This document shows, piece after piece, positions 49,263 through 62,583 of a stretch of DNA of 64,000 nucleotides. Each line of letters begins with the position of its first letter. Positions within the stretch are counted from its first letter, which is position 1. Origin of the DNA: the human T2T-CHM13v2.0 reference genome, Homo sapiens. The notes below the pieces were generated by a model, which saw only the letters and a list, made by a program, of their open reading frames with translations, made no database searches and had not been told where the DNA came from. The stretch is from the NCBI RefSeq assembly GCF_009914755.1, contig NC_060940.1. One strand, written 5' to 3'. The position numbers and the translations under genes are program-made.

Positions 49263-50343
49263 TCTTAAGGGTGCACTCTGTTCATATGTGTTCTGGGGTT
49301 TTGGAATCTTATGTGGTGAGGCAGGGCCACAGGCTGCTGACTGAACTCAGTAAGTTTAGGGGCTCATACTCACTTGTGGGACTAATGGGGAGAAATGTTG
49401 GTTCTTGAGGTAGGTACATAGGGTCTCCTCTTTGCCTAGGTGACCAGCAGGATTCACAGTAACCCAGGTGCCCAGTATTATAAGAGTACTTGATTTGACT
49501 GCAGAAGGGTGGTGTTTCTGCCTTGGGTGTTGTCAGCCCATTTAGCTTTGTGGGCTTTGACCTCGGGATCCTCCCTCTTGTGTAGGCTTATACACATCAA
49601 TGGAAAGTATTTGCTTTGAAGATTTCAACATGGAAGTAGTTCATTGCTGACACAGCGGCATCAAAGCCCAGCGCCTGCTCACAGCTGAGACTCCATTCCC
49701 CCTGAGTTTGTTTGGCAAGGGTGACAGTGAGCAGGAGGAAGAGAAGGAGGGAGACTGGGAAGGATGAGACTGGAGGGAAGAAGAAACACTGTATGATCCC
49801 TGAGTATCCATTGTTTCCATGCTTTCCTGCTCTCTTGGACCCAGGCCTGGTCAGAGTTCTCAGTAGAAAAGATACGCTCCTCATTTTGGCTAGTTGCTAT
49901 GGACAGACAACTTTCTTGTTCTGAGAGTGATACGGGGCTAGGGAGGACTGGGTCTTGATCATAGTTGTTTCAAGACTCCAACCCTATATATAGTTCGAAT
50001 GCTTTCATAATGGGACTAAATGTATTTGTGTAATTAAAAACAAAGACACTGGCCAGGCTCAGTGGCTCATGCCTGTAATCTCAGCAGTTTGGGAGGCCAA
50101 GGCAGGAGGATCACTTGAGCCCAGGAGTTCATGACCAGCCTGGGCAACATAGCAAGAACTCGTCTCTTAAAAAACAAAATAAAACAAAAAACCACAAAAA
50201 AACAAGGATACTTTAAAAAAAGACACATACATTACATATTTATATACATCCCAGGAGGTAGCCACTGATTCTGGGATCCCCATTTGGAAGGGTTTACCTC
50301 CCCTGGAGTGTTGGAGAGCATTTCACTCCTGAATGTCTTGTAG

Positions 50344-50505
<162 letters not shown>

Positions 50506-50929
50506 TGATTAGCTGGGACTACAGGCATACGCCACTATGCCCAGCTAATTATTTTGTATTTTTAGTAGAGACGGGGTTTCACCATACTGGCCAGGCTAGT
50601 CTCAAACCCTTGACCTTGTGATTTGCCCGCCTCGGCCTCCCAAAGTGCTGGCATTACAGGTGTGAGCCACTGCGCCCGGCCTTTCTTCCACATTTTTGTT
50701 GTTATTTTTTGTTTACGGTTGCACTCCTTTGTCCTTGAATGCCCCTTTATAACATTCAGCCTGTCTGGGAGGAATTGGAAGGTTTCCCTCCGCTCTCTGT
50801 TGCCTGTGGGAAAAGAGAGTTGTGACTACTGTCAGCGTAGCTGGGAGTACAGCTTCAGATTGCCAGGCAATCTCCTCATCAGAAAGAGAGTATGAAAGGC
50901 ACAGTTCTGCGAGAGGGTGCACATGTTAT

Positions 50930-51400
50930 TCACTATTAACTTGGGTTTCAGACAACAGAAAACCTTTAGCAGCATGGCTCAAACATGTTGATGTTTGTTT
51001 CTCTCACATGTTAAAAGGAGGCAGTGTGGTTTGGATGACTTCAGTTCTTCAGGGAGCCAGGTTTATTCCTTCTGTCTTCCTGCCATCCTCAGCCTGTGAC
51101 TTCTAGCTGGTGGTCCAGGATGGTTATTGAAGCTCTAGCTGTCATGTCTGCACTGTAACTGACAAGAAGGACAAAGACACTGCCTCCCCCATTTAAAGAC
51201 ACTTTCTGAGGTCTTATATGAAATATTTGCATACATCCCGGGAGAAAACCTGGTTGCACAGCCGTACCTACCTGCAGGAGAGGCTGGGCAATGTCAGCTT
51301 TATTTTGGACAGCCATGCCTTCAGCTAAAATTTCTATTACGAATGAAAAAGGGAAATGAAAAAGGGAAAAAGATAGAGGAAGATAACTAGCCATGTCTGC
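50930..51400. mobile_element. MLT1-like (MaLR) LTR fragment
   Basis: Resemblance to MLT1 consensus segments (ggctgggcaatgtcagcttttattttggacagccatg). Confidence 0.5.
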
Positions 51401-52028
51401 CACAGAGACTTTGGGGATTTGTTTCTGCTTTGGCTTTCAGTTTGGATCTGCCATTTGAGTACTCCTTTCTCAGCAATAAGCTCCCAGAGAGCCTTGAAGA
51501 CCCTCACATGGGTCCCACGCTCCTTGGTGCAGGCTTGTCCAGCAAGGAAATGAGATCAGGAGAAGAGGGAAGGCTTGGATGTTTTAATTGTGGTAGCTGA
51601 ATCTTAGCATCTGGCTTTAAGGCCCAGTTGTTGACTTTGTTTGAACTCTGATAGTTTATGGTAAGCTAGGGGGGCTGGGAGTTCTGGGAAGCAATAGAGG
51701 AGTAAGGATCAGATGGTGAAATTTTGTTTCTTAATTAGAATCAGGAGAACAGTCAAGGGACTTGGCTTCTGCTTGACAGACTGTTCTAGGAGCTCTCTGT
51801 TCTCTGGCAGGGCTGATAGTAGGGTGAGGCAAACGAGGTGCCTGGGGTCAGCGTTGAAGGGCGTACTCACTCTCAGGTTCCGGCATGTGGTCCCCTGAGA
51901 GTGAGTGCCTCCTTAAATTTTGTGCCCTAGGTGCCTCCTAGCTTCACACTACCCTGGCTCTGCCTTCTGGTGCTACATTGTTGCTAATGAACCATTTTTA
52001 TTTTTAAACAAATTCTTTTAAAAATTTT

Positions 52029-52093
52029 CAGGGGCCATGCTAATCTTCTTTGCGTCGTTCCAATTTTAGTATATGTGCTGCTGAAGTGAGCAC
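52029..52093 (-). pseudogene. 3'-truncated U6 snRNA retropseudogene (U6 nt 1 to about 65)
   Basis: Minus strand GTGCTCACTTCAGCAGCACATATACTAAAATTGGAACG...TTAGCATGGCCCCTG; about 18-bp TSD gaac(c/t)atttttattttta at 51989-52006 and 52094-52111. Confidence 0.93.
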
Positions 52094-55000
52094 GAACTAT
52101 TTTTATTTTTATCTAGAAAGAGGCGTATGTTCACGGTAAACCATGGTAAACCACAGAGTGGAAAAAGTCTCCTTCCCTCTCCACAGCTTTAGTCTTTCTC
52201 CCCAGAGGAGCCACTCTGACCAGGTGCTTTTGTATCCTTCCAGCTGGTCTATTGGAATGGACTCTGCAGGCATTTCCACAAGCAGCCTTCTTTATTCATT
52301 AGTTTAGCACATAGTTGAATTTCCACTGTGTGTAATATTTACCTGTGCACAGAGAGGACCAAACCTGTAGGACATTTATGGCAGGATAGAAGGAAGGAGA
52401 AGGATCAGAAGTGAGACCCAGTGCCAGTTAGTGGGTCTGAGGAGTGTATCAGCTTCTCTTCCCCTTGGAGCTGCAAACCAGAAGCACAGTTAGCACTGCC
52501 AGGATATTGTCAGACAGTCTCTTTCTCCATGTTTATTTCCACCTTTTTGTGTTTCTCTCCTTTTATCCTCTTCTGTCTCTGCCTCCTTGTCTCTTATCTC
52601 TCACCCCTCTGTCTCTTCTGTGTATTTTCTCGTCTTTTTTTTTTTTTTTTTTTTTTTTTAGAGACAAGTTCTCACTCTGTTGCCCTGGCTGGAGTGCAGT
52701 GACTATTCACAGATGCTATTACAGTGCACTATAGGCCCGGACTCCTGGGTTCGGCAGTTCTCCCACCTCAGCCTCCCACACAGTTGGGACTCCAGGTGTG
52801 CACCGCTGCCCCGGCCCCCTGTCTGTCTTTTTGTCTAAGCTGCATGCCCTCCCACTTCTGCTTCTTTTTGTGTTCTGCTTCCTTCCTCTATTTACTTATG
52901 GTTTCTGTCCCTTTGTTACTAAGGGCTTGTATGTGACTTTCACTTGCTGTAGCTCCTGACCCTTCTGCCCATTACTGTTAGATTCAGTTTCTTGGTATTC
53001 CAACTCTGTGTTTCTGGGAGAGGCAATGTAACAGGCTCAACTTGGGTCCAGTGTCTGGCTCCATCAGTCATGATAGGGAAGGGGGAGCAATTCCCAAGAA
53101 GGAGCTGGGCAGGTACTTCAAAACATGGCTACTGTACTGTGTAGGGGCCTATGGATTACTGGTACCTATTAACTAGGTAATCCTTATGTTAGCTGATTGA
53201 GGCTTAACCCCATACAGGTAGCTTTGATCATCAGGGTAGGTCCCTGGGAAGACCTGCCAGCAGCATGCATTTCTTTGGGCTGCTTCTCCCCTCCCATTTG
53301 ACCACTGTCCCCCTACTCCCACATCATGATTGACTAGTAAGCACCTGTGTTACTGGCCAGTGTACTGAGTGAAAGCTCTTTGAAGCCATTGAGCCTGGCA
53401 CCTGCCACCTGTGTTCATTTTCACAGGCTGGCCATAGGCACTTCTCTCCATTTGAATGGAAGAATATCCAACTTTCTGACAATTTGCCTTGCTCCAGGGA
53501 ATTGGAAGTTAGAGTGAAAATCTTACCACCTTGGTTCCAACCAGGGTTTATCAGTGCCCCTCTTTGCTTGGTGATGAGCTTAAGAAAACAACGTGGCCAG
53601 GCATAGTGGCTCATGCCTGTAATCCTAATATGGGAGGCTGAGGCAGGAGGATTGCTTGAGCCCAGGAGTTCCAGACCAGCCTGGACAATACAGCAAGACC
53701 CCTGTCTCTACAAAATAATTTTTTTTTAATTAGCTGGGTGTGGTGGTGTGCACCTGTGGTCCCAGCTAATAGGAGGTTGAGGTGGGAAGATCACTTGAGC
53801 CCTGGACATCGAGGCTGCAGTGAGCTGTGATCGCACCCACTCCAGCCTGGGTGACAGAGCAAGACCCTGTCTCAAAAAAAAAAAAAAAAAAAAAAAGAAG
53901 GAAAGAAGGAAAATAAAATGATATACTGCTGTTACCTTCTGAGAATTTGTGATCTTGGGAGAAGCATGACCCAATCACCTGAGGGAGAGACTTGAGACAG
54001 GTGTCTACATGATGATAGCATAGACACTAACCTGTGCTAAGAAGCAGGAATGCCATGTGGTTCAGGAGAGAAAGAGCTCAGAGAGGGGTGGGGTGGTGTA
54101 TTCAGAGAAGGTTTTACAGAGGAAGAGGAAGTGGGGGCTGAACTAGACCTTGACTGGGAGTTGCTGTTGGCTATGGCAGGAAGAGGAGGGGAGGACATTT
54201 CTTTTTATGTGTGTGTACGGTACGAGTAAGAGAGAGAGTCTGGCTGAAGGAGAGAGTGCAAAGTGGGTAGGAGTAAGTGGAGTTGGCCTAGAGGATGGGC
54301 CCAAAAGATTTTGTAGTAAGATTTGAGGTGCACATAAAAGTTCTGTTTTTGTATGCTAGAGGCAGTACTCACAGATGTCACTGCGTTCCTTCCTGCTGGA
54401 TATTGCTCTTATGTCGTCCCCATGGATCAGTCATTGTTTAGCAGGAGCAAAGTGCCGGGGCTCTCAGCACAGGGCCCAGATGTCACTGAAGTGTGTGAGG
54501 AGCTAGAACTTAAAGCCACGTGAGCCTAGGGAGTACTCGAGTGGGTGCGCTTCTCCATGGACTTCATTGAGAATTGGGAGGTATGGGTAGGAATGAGGGT
54601 GGAAGCGATCAGTGGGCTTGGGAATGTGAACTTAGAAATGGTAGTTAGCTTCTCTCACCTCAGTTTCCTCATCCATAAAATGGGAATAGGAATATCTGTA
54701 TTTTGGAGTCGTGAGAATTGATGGAGAGGTGTATGTGAAATTGTCAGGCATATAACAGACTTTTCTTTTTCTCCTTTTTTTTTTTTTTTTGAGACGAGGT
54801 CTTACTCTGTCATCAGGCTGGAGTGCACGGCTCACTGCTGCCTCAACCTCCTAGGCTCAAGCGACCCTCCCTCCTCAGCCTCCTGAGTAGCTGGGACTAC
54901 AGGTGTGCACCACCACGCCCAGCTAATTTTTGTATTTTTTGTAGGGACAGGGTTTCTCCATGTTGCCCAGGCTGGTCTCTAACTCCTGGGCTCACATGAT

Positions 55001-55527
55001 CCATCTGCCTCAGTTTCCCAAAGTGCTGGGATTACAGGTGTGAGCCACTGCACCTGGCCTCATTTTTACACTTAATGCAAAACACTGTCTCTCTAATTTC
55101 TTAGGTAACCTGCCATCTGCATTCAAATTTACCTCACTTACTGATGAGTTTCTTTTGGCCATGAAGAGGTCTTGTGTCTCCTGTGGTTTGGAACCTTGGG
55201 AGTCTGGGTGGGAAAGAGTAGGTGAAATCACCCATCCCTGGGCCTGGGGGGAATTCCCAGAAATGGTGCTAGCCATCAGGATGTATAAGTATGTGTTCAC
55301 GCATGCCTTCATATCCTTGAGCACCAGTAGTGATGGAAGTGCCTGTGTGCTGTCAGCTGGGGCGGGTGCAGGGTGTCCCCTCGCTTGCCAGTTCGCCTTG
55401 TTCTGACTGGTCCATTGGCCCCTTTGCCTTAGGCAGGAAGGGCAGAAAGAGTGCTCTCTGTAAAGAGGGGTTGGGCCCCTGTGCCCTCAACTCAAGCCTG
55501 CCAGTGACTTTGTGGTTTTCCTCCTAG

Positions 55528-55653
55528 GTCTGCTGACATTTGTGAACTGTGCCTATGTCAAGTGGGGCACACGTGTGCAGGACACGTTCACTTACGCCAA
55601 GGTCGTAGCGCTCATTGCCATCATTGTCATGGGCCTTGTTAAACTGTGCCAGG
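55528..55653 (+). CDS. SLC7A6: SLC7A6 coding exon ([24 protein letters not shown]...)
   Basis: AG/GT boundaries; 126 nt. Confidence 0.96.
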
Positions 55654-56850
55654 GTAAGTGGTGGGAAGGGGGGTACCACCAACAGTTCCTCTGGATTCCC
55701 TGAGGAGAACATGGCGACTCTGTTAGCTTCACTGCTCGGCTGTTTCTATGTACATGCTAGCATGTGTCAGTGAGTGCAAGAGATGGGAGTAGATTTCTTT
55801 CTGGGCTTTTTGGGCCAGGCTGGCTTGGCCAAGTGGACATGAGTCAGCCTGTCCCTCAGGGCTGGTTTCCTTTGGTGGAGGCTGGGAGCATTGCAGGAAG
55901 CCAGCCAAGGGCCTAGGAGCTCCTGAAGCTTGGGTCATGATTGGGTCATAAAAGTAATCTGTGGGGATAGAGTGGCTCCTGTTTGTGGTCTGTGACTGCC
56001 AAGCTACAAGTAGGAAGACTGGGCCCTCCTTGAGACAGGTGGCAGGGTATATGGAGCTGGAAGTGGGGTATGGAAATGGGTGGTTATTTTGCAGCCTTTA
56101 CTTTTCATCTGGACTTGTATTCAGCAATCCCTCCCCAAGTCAGCTCTCAGAAAAATATTAAAATATTGTGAAATTGGCAGTGTCTTTCCTAAATGTTGGC
56201 TTTAGAAAGCTTTTCATTCCTGGATCAGAGAGGACTGGCAGTGAGGGTAACAGGCCTACCAAGATCTCATGAGCCCTAGAGAGGTCTTGAGGTGTCTTTA
56301 GCCACAGATATCTCAATCATTTCACAGCCCAGTTCTCTAGGTCATCAGTCCCTAAATGTGGCTGTGTACAGTCACCCGGGGAGCTGAGACCCTAATCTCA
56401 AATCTGTTGGATCACATTCTGGTTGGTGTGGAGTCTAAAAAGCTGTGCTTTTAAGAATTGCCCTTGGCCCGGCACGGTGGCTCACGCCTGTAATCCTAAC
56501 ACTTTGGGAGGCTGAGGTGGGCGAATCAGCAGGTCAGGAATTCGAGACCAGCCTGACCAACATAGAGAAACCCTGTCTCTACTAAAAATACAAAAATTGG
56601 CTGGGCATGGTGGTGCGCGCCTGTAATCCCAGCTACTTAGGAGGCTGAGGCAGGAGAATGGCTTGAAAACAGGAGGCGGAAGTTGCAGTAAGCCGAGATT
56701 GTGCCACTGCCCTCCAGCCTAGGTGACAGAGCAAGATTCCATCTCAAAAAAAAAAAAAAAAAAAGAATTGCCCTTGTTGGGCTGGGCGCGGTGGCTCATG
56801 CCTGTAATCTCAGCACTCTGGGAGGCCGGGAGGCTGAGGCAGATGGATCA

Positions 56851-57131
<281 letters not shown>

Positions 57132-58173
57132 CTAGCCTGTGTACTTATATCAAGTTAGTAGAGCTAGCCATGTGGATGTCCCTGGAGGCTCAGGAGCATC
57201 CTGGGGTCAAATTGGGTTTTGAGTAATCCTCCCCTGAAGATCTGTTCCTTAGGGAACCACTGCTGTGTATGAGAATGGACACCCCTGAGGACAGGGGTCT
57301 CTATTTTCTCTTCTCTTGCTGCATAGCCAGCTCTTTTTACCACATGAGAGCTGGGTCTAGGCTTTCTTCAGGGTGTGACAATGGGCTTCCTTAGAAGTCT
57401 GGGTCTTGTTAAAGACCCCAGTATGTCCAGAGGGTCTCTGATCTGGGTAGCTGGGTGCTGTCCCCTGGGCTTTTGTGTCTGCAGTCTCTGAGGCCTCTGA
57501 GGAGAATGACAGGCTGGGCTGGCTCCCCGGAGGGTGGGGGTGGCTCAGGCCTAGTGAAAGATAAGGTCTCAGTTCCTCTATAGCATGTCATCTCCCCCAT
57601 GCAACCATAGCTACCGCAAGTAGAGCAGCATAGAGTCCTTCCCATGAGGCTGATAAACCCATTGACCAAATTGTGCAGTAGTCTGGTCCAAGAGAGGTAG
57701 TTCACAGGAAGGTATAATTTTCAATGAAAAATGACTCCTTCATGTGAAATGGGGTTCTTGACATAAATAGGTAGAAGAGCTGGGGCTTGCTGTGAGATCA
57801 TTTGCAGGAAATGGAAATTCTTTAGGGTTTTGGAAGAAGTATTGTCACATCAGAGGGCGGCCAAGAATGTCTTTGGTTTTTTATTGTCTAGTTTTATTAA
57901 AGGAATGTGAGCTTTCCTGAGGAAGTGGGTGGGGTGGTAAAGTGTAGGGAGCTAGTGGTTGTTGATCTTTTGGTGTTAAATTATGTTTTTTTTTCTTTCC
58001 CCTGCCTTCTTGTTTTTTCTTTCTTGTTCCTCCCCATTCCTCCTTTTTTTCATCTTCCCTTCCTCTTTCCTATTCTCCTTTCGTATCTTTCTCTTACACC
58101 TCCCATCTCCTCTTCCTTTCTCCTTTGGCCTGTTCCTTCTCTCTGAACCCCTCACCTGCCTTTGCCCCCACAG

Positions 58174-58318
58174 GACACTCTGAGCACTTTCAGGACGCCT
58201 TTGAGGGTTCCTCCTGGGACATGGGAAACCTCTCTCTTGCCCTCTACTCTGCCCTCTTCTCTTACTCAGGTTGGGACACCCTTAATTTTGTAACAGAAGA
58301 AATCAAAAACCCAGAAAG
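58174..58318 (+). CDS. SLC7A6: SLC7A6 coding exon (...[20 protein letters not shown])
   Basis: TM6 FSYSGW motif; AG/GT boundaries; 145 nt. Confidence 0.96.
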
Positions 58319-58986
58319 GTAAAGATGGGATCACACTCTCACTCCCCAGCTTGGCTGGAACTCCTGCTGATAGTGGGCGTGCCTGCCCTCATCCTTCTCC
58401 TCCTCCCTCCGACTCTCCTCCCCTCTTCTCCCTACTCCCCCTTCTCCAGCTAGGAGGGGCTGAGGGCTAGAATGGGAGTGAGTGAAGGTAGGAAAGCCTT
58501 CGGCTCCCTGTCCTCACGTTCGCACTGGAGGATAGGGCCTTCCTAGAGGAGAGGGCCTTCAGTGGGGAGCAGCAGGCCCAGCTGGGGCAAAGGAATTAGG
58601 ACCTCGGACTCTGGTGCTGACACTACAGCCCGCAGAACCAAAACTTATTCTGGCCAGCTGGGTCCCCAGCCTGGCATCCAGTCCCCAGGACACTGTTCCT
58701 TGCACTGTTCCTCTGAGATCACAGATGCAGGAGGATTATGAAACCCAGTAGGACCCATTGGTCCTACTGTGGCAAAGATTAAATATTGATCATGAGCTAT
58801 CTTCACAGAGAAAGTTGGGTCTTTCTCAATAGAAAGAACCCAGGGTCAAGGGGAAGGTGAGCCTCCCTCAAAGACTTGGAGGCTAGTGAACTGTTAAATG
58901 TTAGGAAAATCCCAGTGGAGACTTGATAAACTTTGTTCCCAAGGAGAGGTTGGTTCTAGGTAGTCCTTTCTCACTTGTCCTGACAG

Positions 58987-59110
58987 AAATTTGCCCTTGG
59001 CCATTGGGATTTCTATGCCAATTGTGACGCTCATCTACATCCTGACCAATGTGGCCTATTACACAGTGCTGAACATTTCAGATGTCCTTAGCAGTGATGC
59101 TGTGGCTGTG
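58987..59110 (+). CDS. SLC7A6: SLC7A6 coding exon ([14 protein letters not shown]...DAVAV)
   Basis: AG/GT boundaries; 124 nt. Confidence 0.96.
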
Positions 59111-59335
59111 GTGAGTCTCTTGGGATCCCCATTTGTTCATCATCTCCTGATACTGAGCCACCCTGCACAGCTCAGTCTGTCTTACTGCACCCTCCTCAGC
59201 TCTGCAGGATGAGGTCATGAGTCTAGGCCAGAGGGTGGGCTGCTTAGCAGTGATTGCATTTGTTCCGAGATCATAGATGCAGGAGGATTATGAAACCCTG
59301 TGCGTTTAAGTGCCTTTTCTGTGCCCTGCCCCCAG

Positions 59336-59439
59336 ACATTTGCTGACCAGACGTTTGGCATGTTCAGCTGGACCATCCCCATTGCTGTTGCCCTGTCCTG
59401 CTTTGGGGGCCTCAATGCATCCATCTTTGCTTCATCAAG
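59336..59439 (+). CDS. SLC7A6: SLC7A6 coding exon (TFADQTFG...[14 protein letters not shown])
   Basis: AG/GT boundaries; 104 nt. Confidence 0.96.
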
Positions 59440-59537
59440 GTACTGTGTCTCTGTGTCACTGATAATAGACCACAATATTTCATTCTCTGGGGCTTAGGCA
59501 TAAGAGTTCCTTTTTTCCCTCCTTCTCATGGGCATAT

Positions 59538-59540
<3 letters not shown>

Positions 59541-59582
<42 letters not shown>
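59541..59582 (+). repeat. (GT)21 microsatellite
   Basis: Perfect dinucleotide run. Confidence 0.98.
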
Positions 59583-59585
<3 letters not shown>

Positions 59586-59627
59586 GTATGTGGGCATGTA
59601 CTTGCCTTTGTGCAAGTAGCACATTTG

Positions 59628-59819
59628 TATGCTGGTAGCTCATGTTTCCATCTGAGGTGAGGACAGATTGTGTGCTGATAGCTCATGTTATGTGTTGATA
59701 GCTCATATTTATGTGCTGGTAGCTCATATTTTGTGTGCTGGTAGCTCATGTTTATGTGCTGGTAGCTCATGTTTTGTGTGCTGGTAGCTCATGTTTCCAT
59801 CTGAGATGAGGACAGATTG
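59628..59819 (+). repeat. Minisatellite of about 21-bp units (tgtgctggtagctcatgttt), 7 copies
   Basis: Units visible directly; first and last copy share a tail ccatctgag(g/a)tgaggacagattg. Confidence 0.9.
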
Positions 59820-60328
59820 ATGAAAGGTATAGGGGAGAAAGGCAACAGCTTGGAGTGGTGACTTGGGCAGGGACCAGATTCTAGGCTCCTTGTGGGTTAT
59901 GCTGTAGCCCCAGGATTCATTCCTTCAGTAAATGATAACAGCACTTGCTGTGTACCAGGTATTGGTGCTATGTACAGAAAGACTTTCCCCCTCACTTCCC
60001 AGAAAATGCCGAGGCCATCAGGTCTCCTGATCTCCTCTGTGCAGACATCTATAAGCGTGCTGGTCCTTCCTGTTGTTGCAGAGGAAGGAGCAGGTGTGCC
60101 TTTCCTGGCAGACTCTGCTACTTGGGCTCGGGGTTCCAGCACTTCCCCTCTTCTTCAGCAGTTTGCTCCATCAGTTGGCCCTTCTCTTTGGTGGGTGCTC
60201 ACTTGGAGCCAGCTCTCCAATAGCTTCTCTCCTCTCCACTTAGGAGAGACACAAAATAGCGTTTCGCATCTCTCCTCTTCCCACTTACTGGATGTACTAC
60301 TTTTTATTTTTAAATTAATTTTTTTTAG

Positions 60329-60463
<135 letters not shown>

Positions 60464-60983
60464 TGAGACAGCAGTCTGGGCTTCAACTTTCATTCATTTT
60501 CCCATCTGTTAAGAGTTTGGCTTCTACTACCTGAAAAATATTCTTATTAAGGCGATCTCTTTCTTAGCCTGTCTTTAGTCCTCATCCTATTGGACCTCTG
60601 AAGCAAGTGATGCTGACCACTTTCCAATTTTGAAACAATTCCCATGGCTTCTATGACATAAGATACATGAGAAGAAAATTTCTTTCCTGATTTCTCTTCC
60701 ACTCACTCTATAACTGGTGTTGTCCCCAGGGCCGGGGGTATAATAGTCATCCAATAAATATTTGCCATGTGAACACACAGAAGCATGAAAAATAAAAGAG
60801 AGTTTTGTCCCGTTCATTCTTTTTACTGGTTTTCACACACCAGTCCATGTGTTGTGCCTCCCTGGGGCAAGCAAAGAATTAGAGAAGTCAAGGCCTTGTA
60901 AAAGAACATAGTGTCCAGCTGGGCGTGGGGCTCACACCTGTAATCCCAGCACTTTGGGAGGCTTAGGTGAGAAGATTACCTTA

Positions 60984-61244
<261 letters not shown>

Positions 61245-61612
61245 CTAGTTGTGATAGATGGACTTCTTTTCTAGCCTTTCCCTGACACCCTAGCCTCCCC
61301 CTGCTCTAGTTTGCTCTCCAGTCTGGTGTCAAATCCCGTCAGGCCCTTACCTCAAAGCCACAGCTGACTGTGTTTGTTCAGACTCCACAGTGTGGCCTTG
61401 TATGCAGGTTCTTCCCAGCACCCTCTTCTCACACAGCTTGTCCTGGGGCTCTAGGCATTCTACATCAACCTCCAAAGAGGCCACGCTCTTTCATACCTCC
61501 ACACATTTTGCCTATGCACATGCTCGTTTTTTCCACCTACCGACTTGCTTCTGGAAACTCTTCTTTGCATCTCTCCTCTTGCAAAGCATTTTGGCACAAG
61601 CCTCAAGCCTAG

Positions 61613-61854
<242 letters not shown>

Positions 61855-62486
61855 TAGTAGAGACAGGGTTTATCCATGTTGGTCAGGCTGGTCTCAAACT
61901 CCCGACCTCAGGTGATCCACCTGCCTCGGCTTCCGAAAGTGCTGGGATTATAGGCATGAGCCACCATGCCTGGACGCTGTGCCAGTCTTTTTCCCAGTCG
62001 GTAGAGCTCTTTAGGTGTAGAAAGGAAGCCTGGGTTGTCTCTCTGACCCTCAGTCTTGCCTTACATCAGCTCAGGGAAAATATATGGAGGGCATGAACAG
62101 AAATCTGGCTGCCCTTTAAAAGCTATTATGTTAGCTATGAATCTGGCATGGATTGGGTGAGTCTGTTAGTGGGTGACAGCAGGGTGAGGCATCTGTTGGA
62201 TGTTGGTGAGGTATCTGTGGCTGAGAGAAGAGGGGGTATCTGGGTGATGGTGGGTGGGGCATCTGGGTAGTGGTGAGGTGCCCGGGGATGAAGAGGGAGG
62301 GAAAATCTGTAGGGAAGGGGGGAGCAGGGAGGTTGGACTGGTGATGCACTAAGGACCTGGGATGCTCCTGGGAGGCTGCATCCTGCTTTCCTCGGGGGCT
62401 CTGAGCTGAGTTTGTCCAAGTGAGGAGTGAGTATGGCTGAGTAAAAGGAGTAAAGGATCCTGCTGACACATTTCTCATCCTTCTAG

Positions 62487-62583
62487 GTTGTTCTTCGTGG
62501 GCTCCCGGGAGGGCCACCTACCGGACCTTCTGTCCATGATCCACATTGAGCGTTTTACACCTATCCCTGCTTTACTGTTCAAT
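62487..62583 (+). CDS. SLC7A6: SLC7A6 coding exon ([12 protein letters not shown]...PALLFN); gene continues beyond the window
   Basis: REGHLP motif; AG/GT boundaries; 97 nt. Confidence 0.96.

Noticed and set aside
59628-59819. Repeat array resembling CRISPR
   Set aside because: No unique spacers, eukaryotic intron, no cas genes; it is a minisatellite
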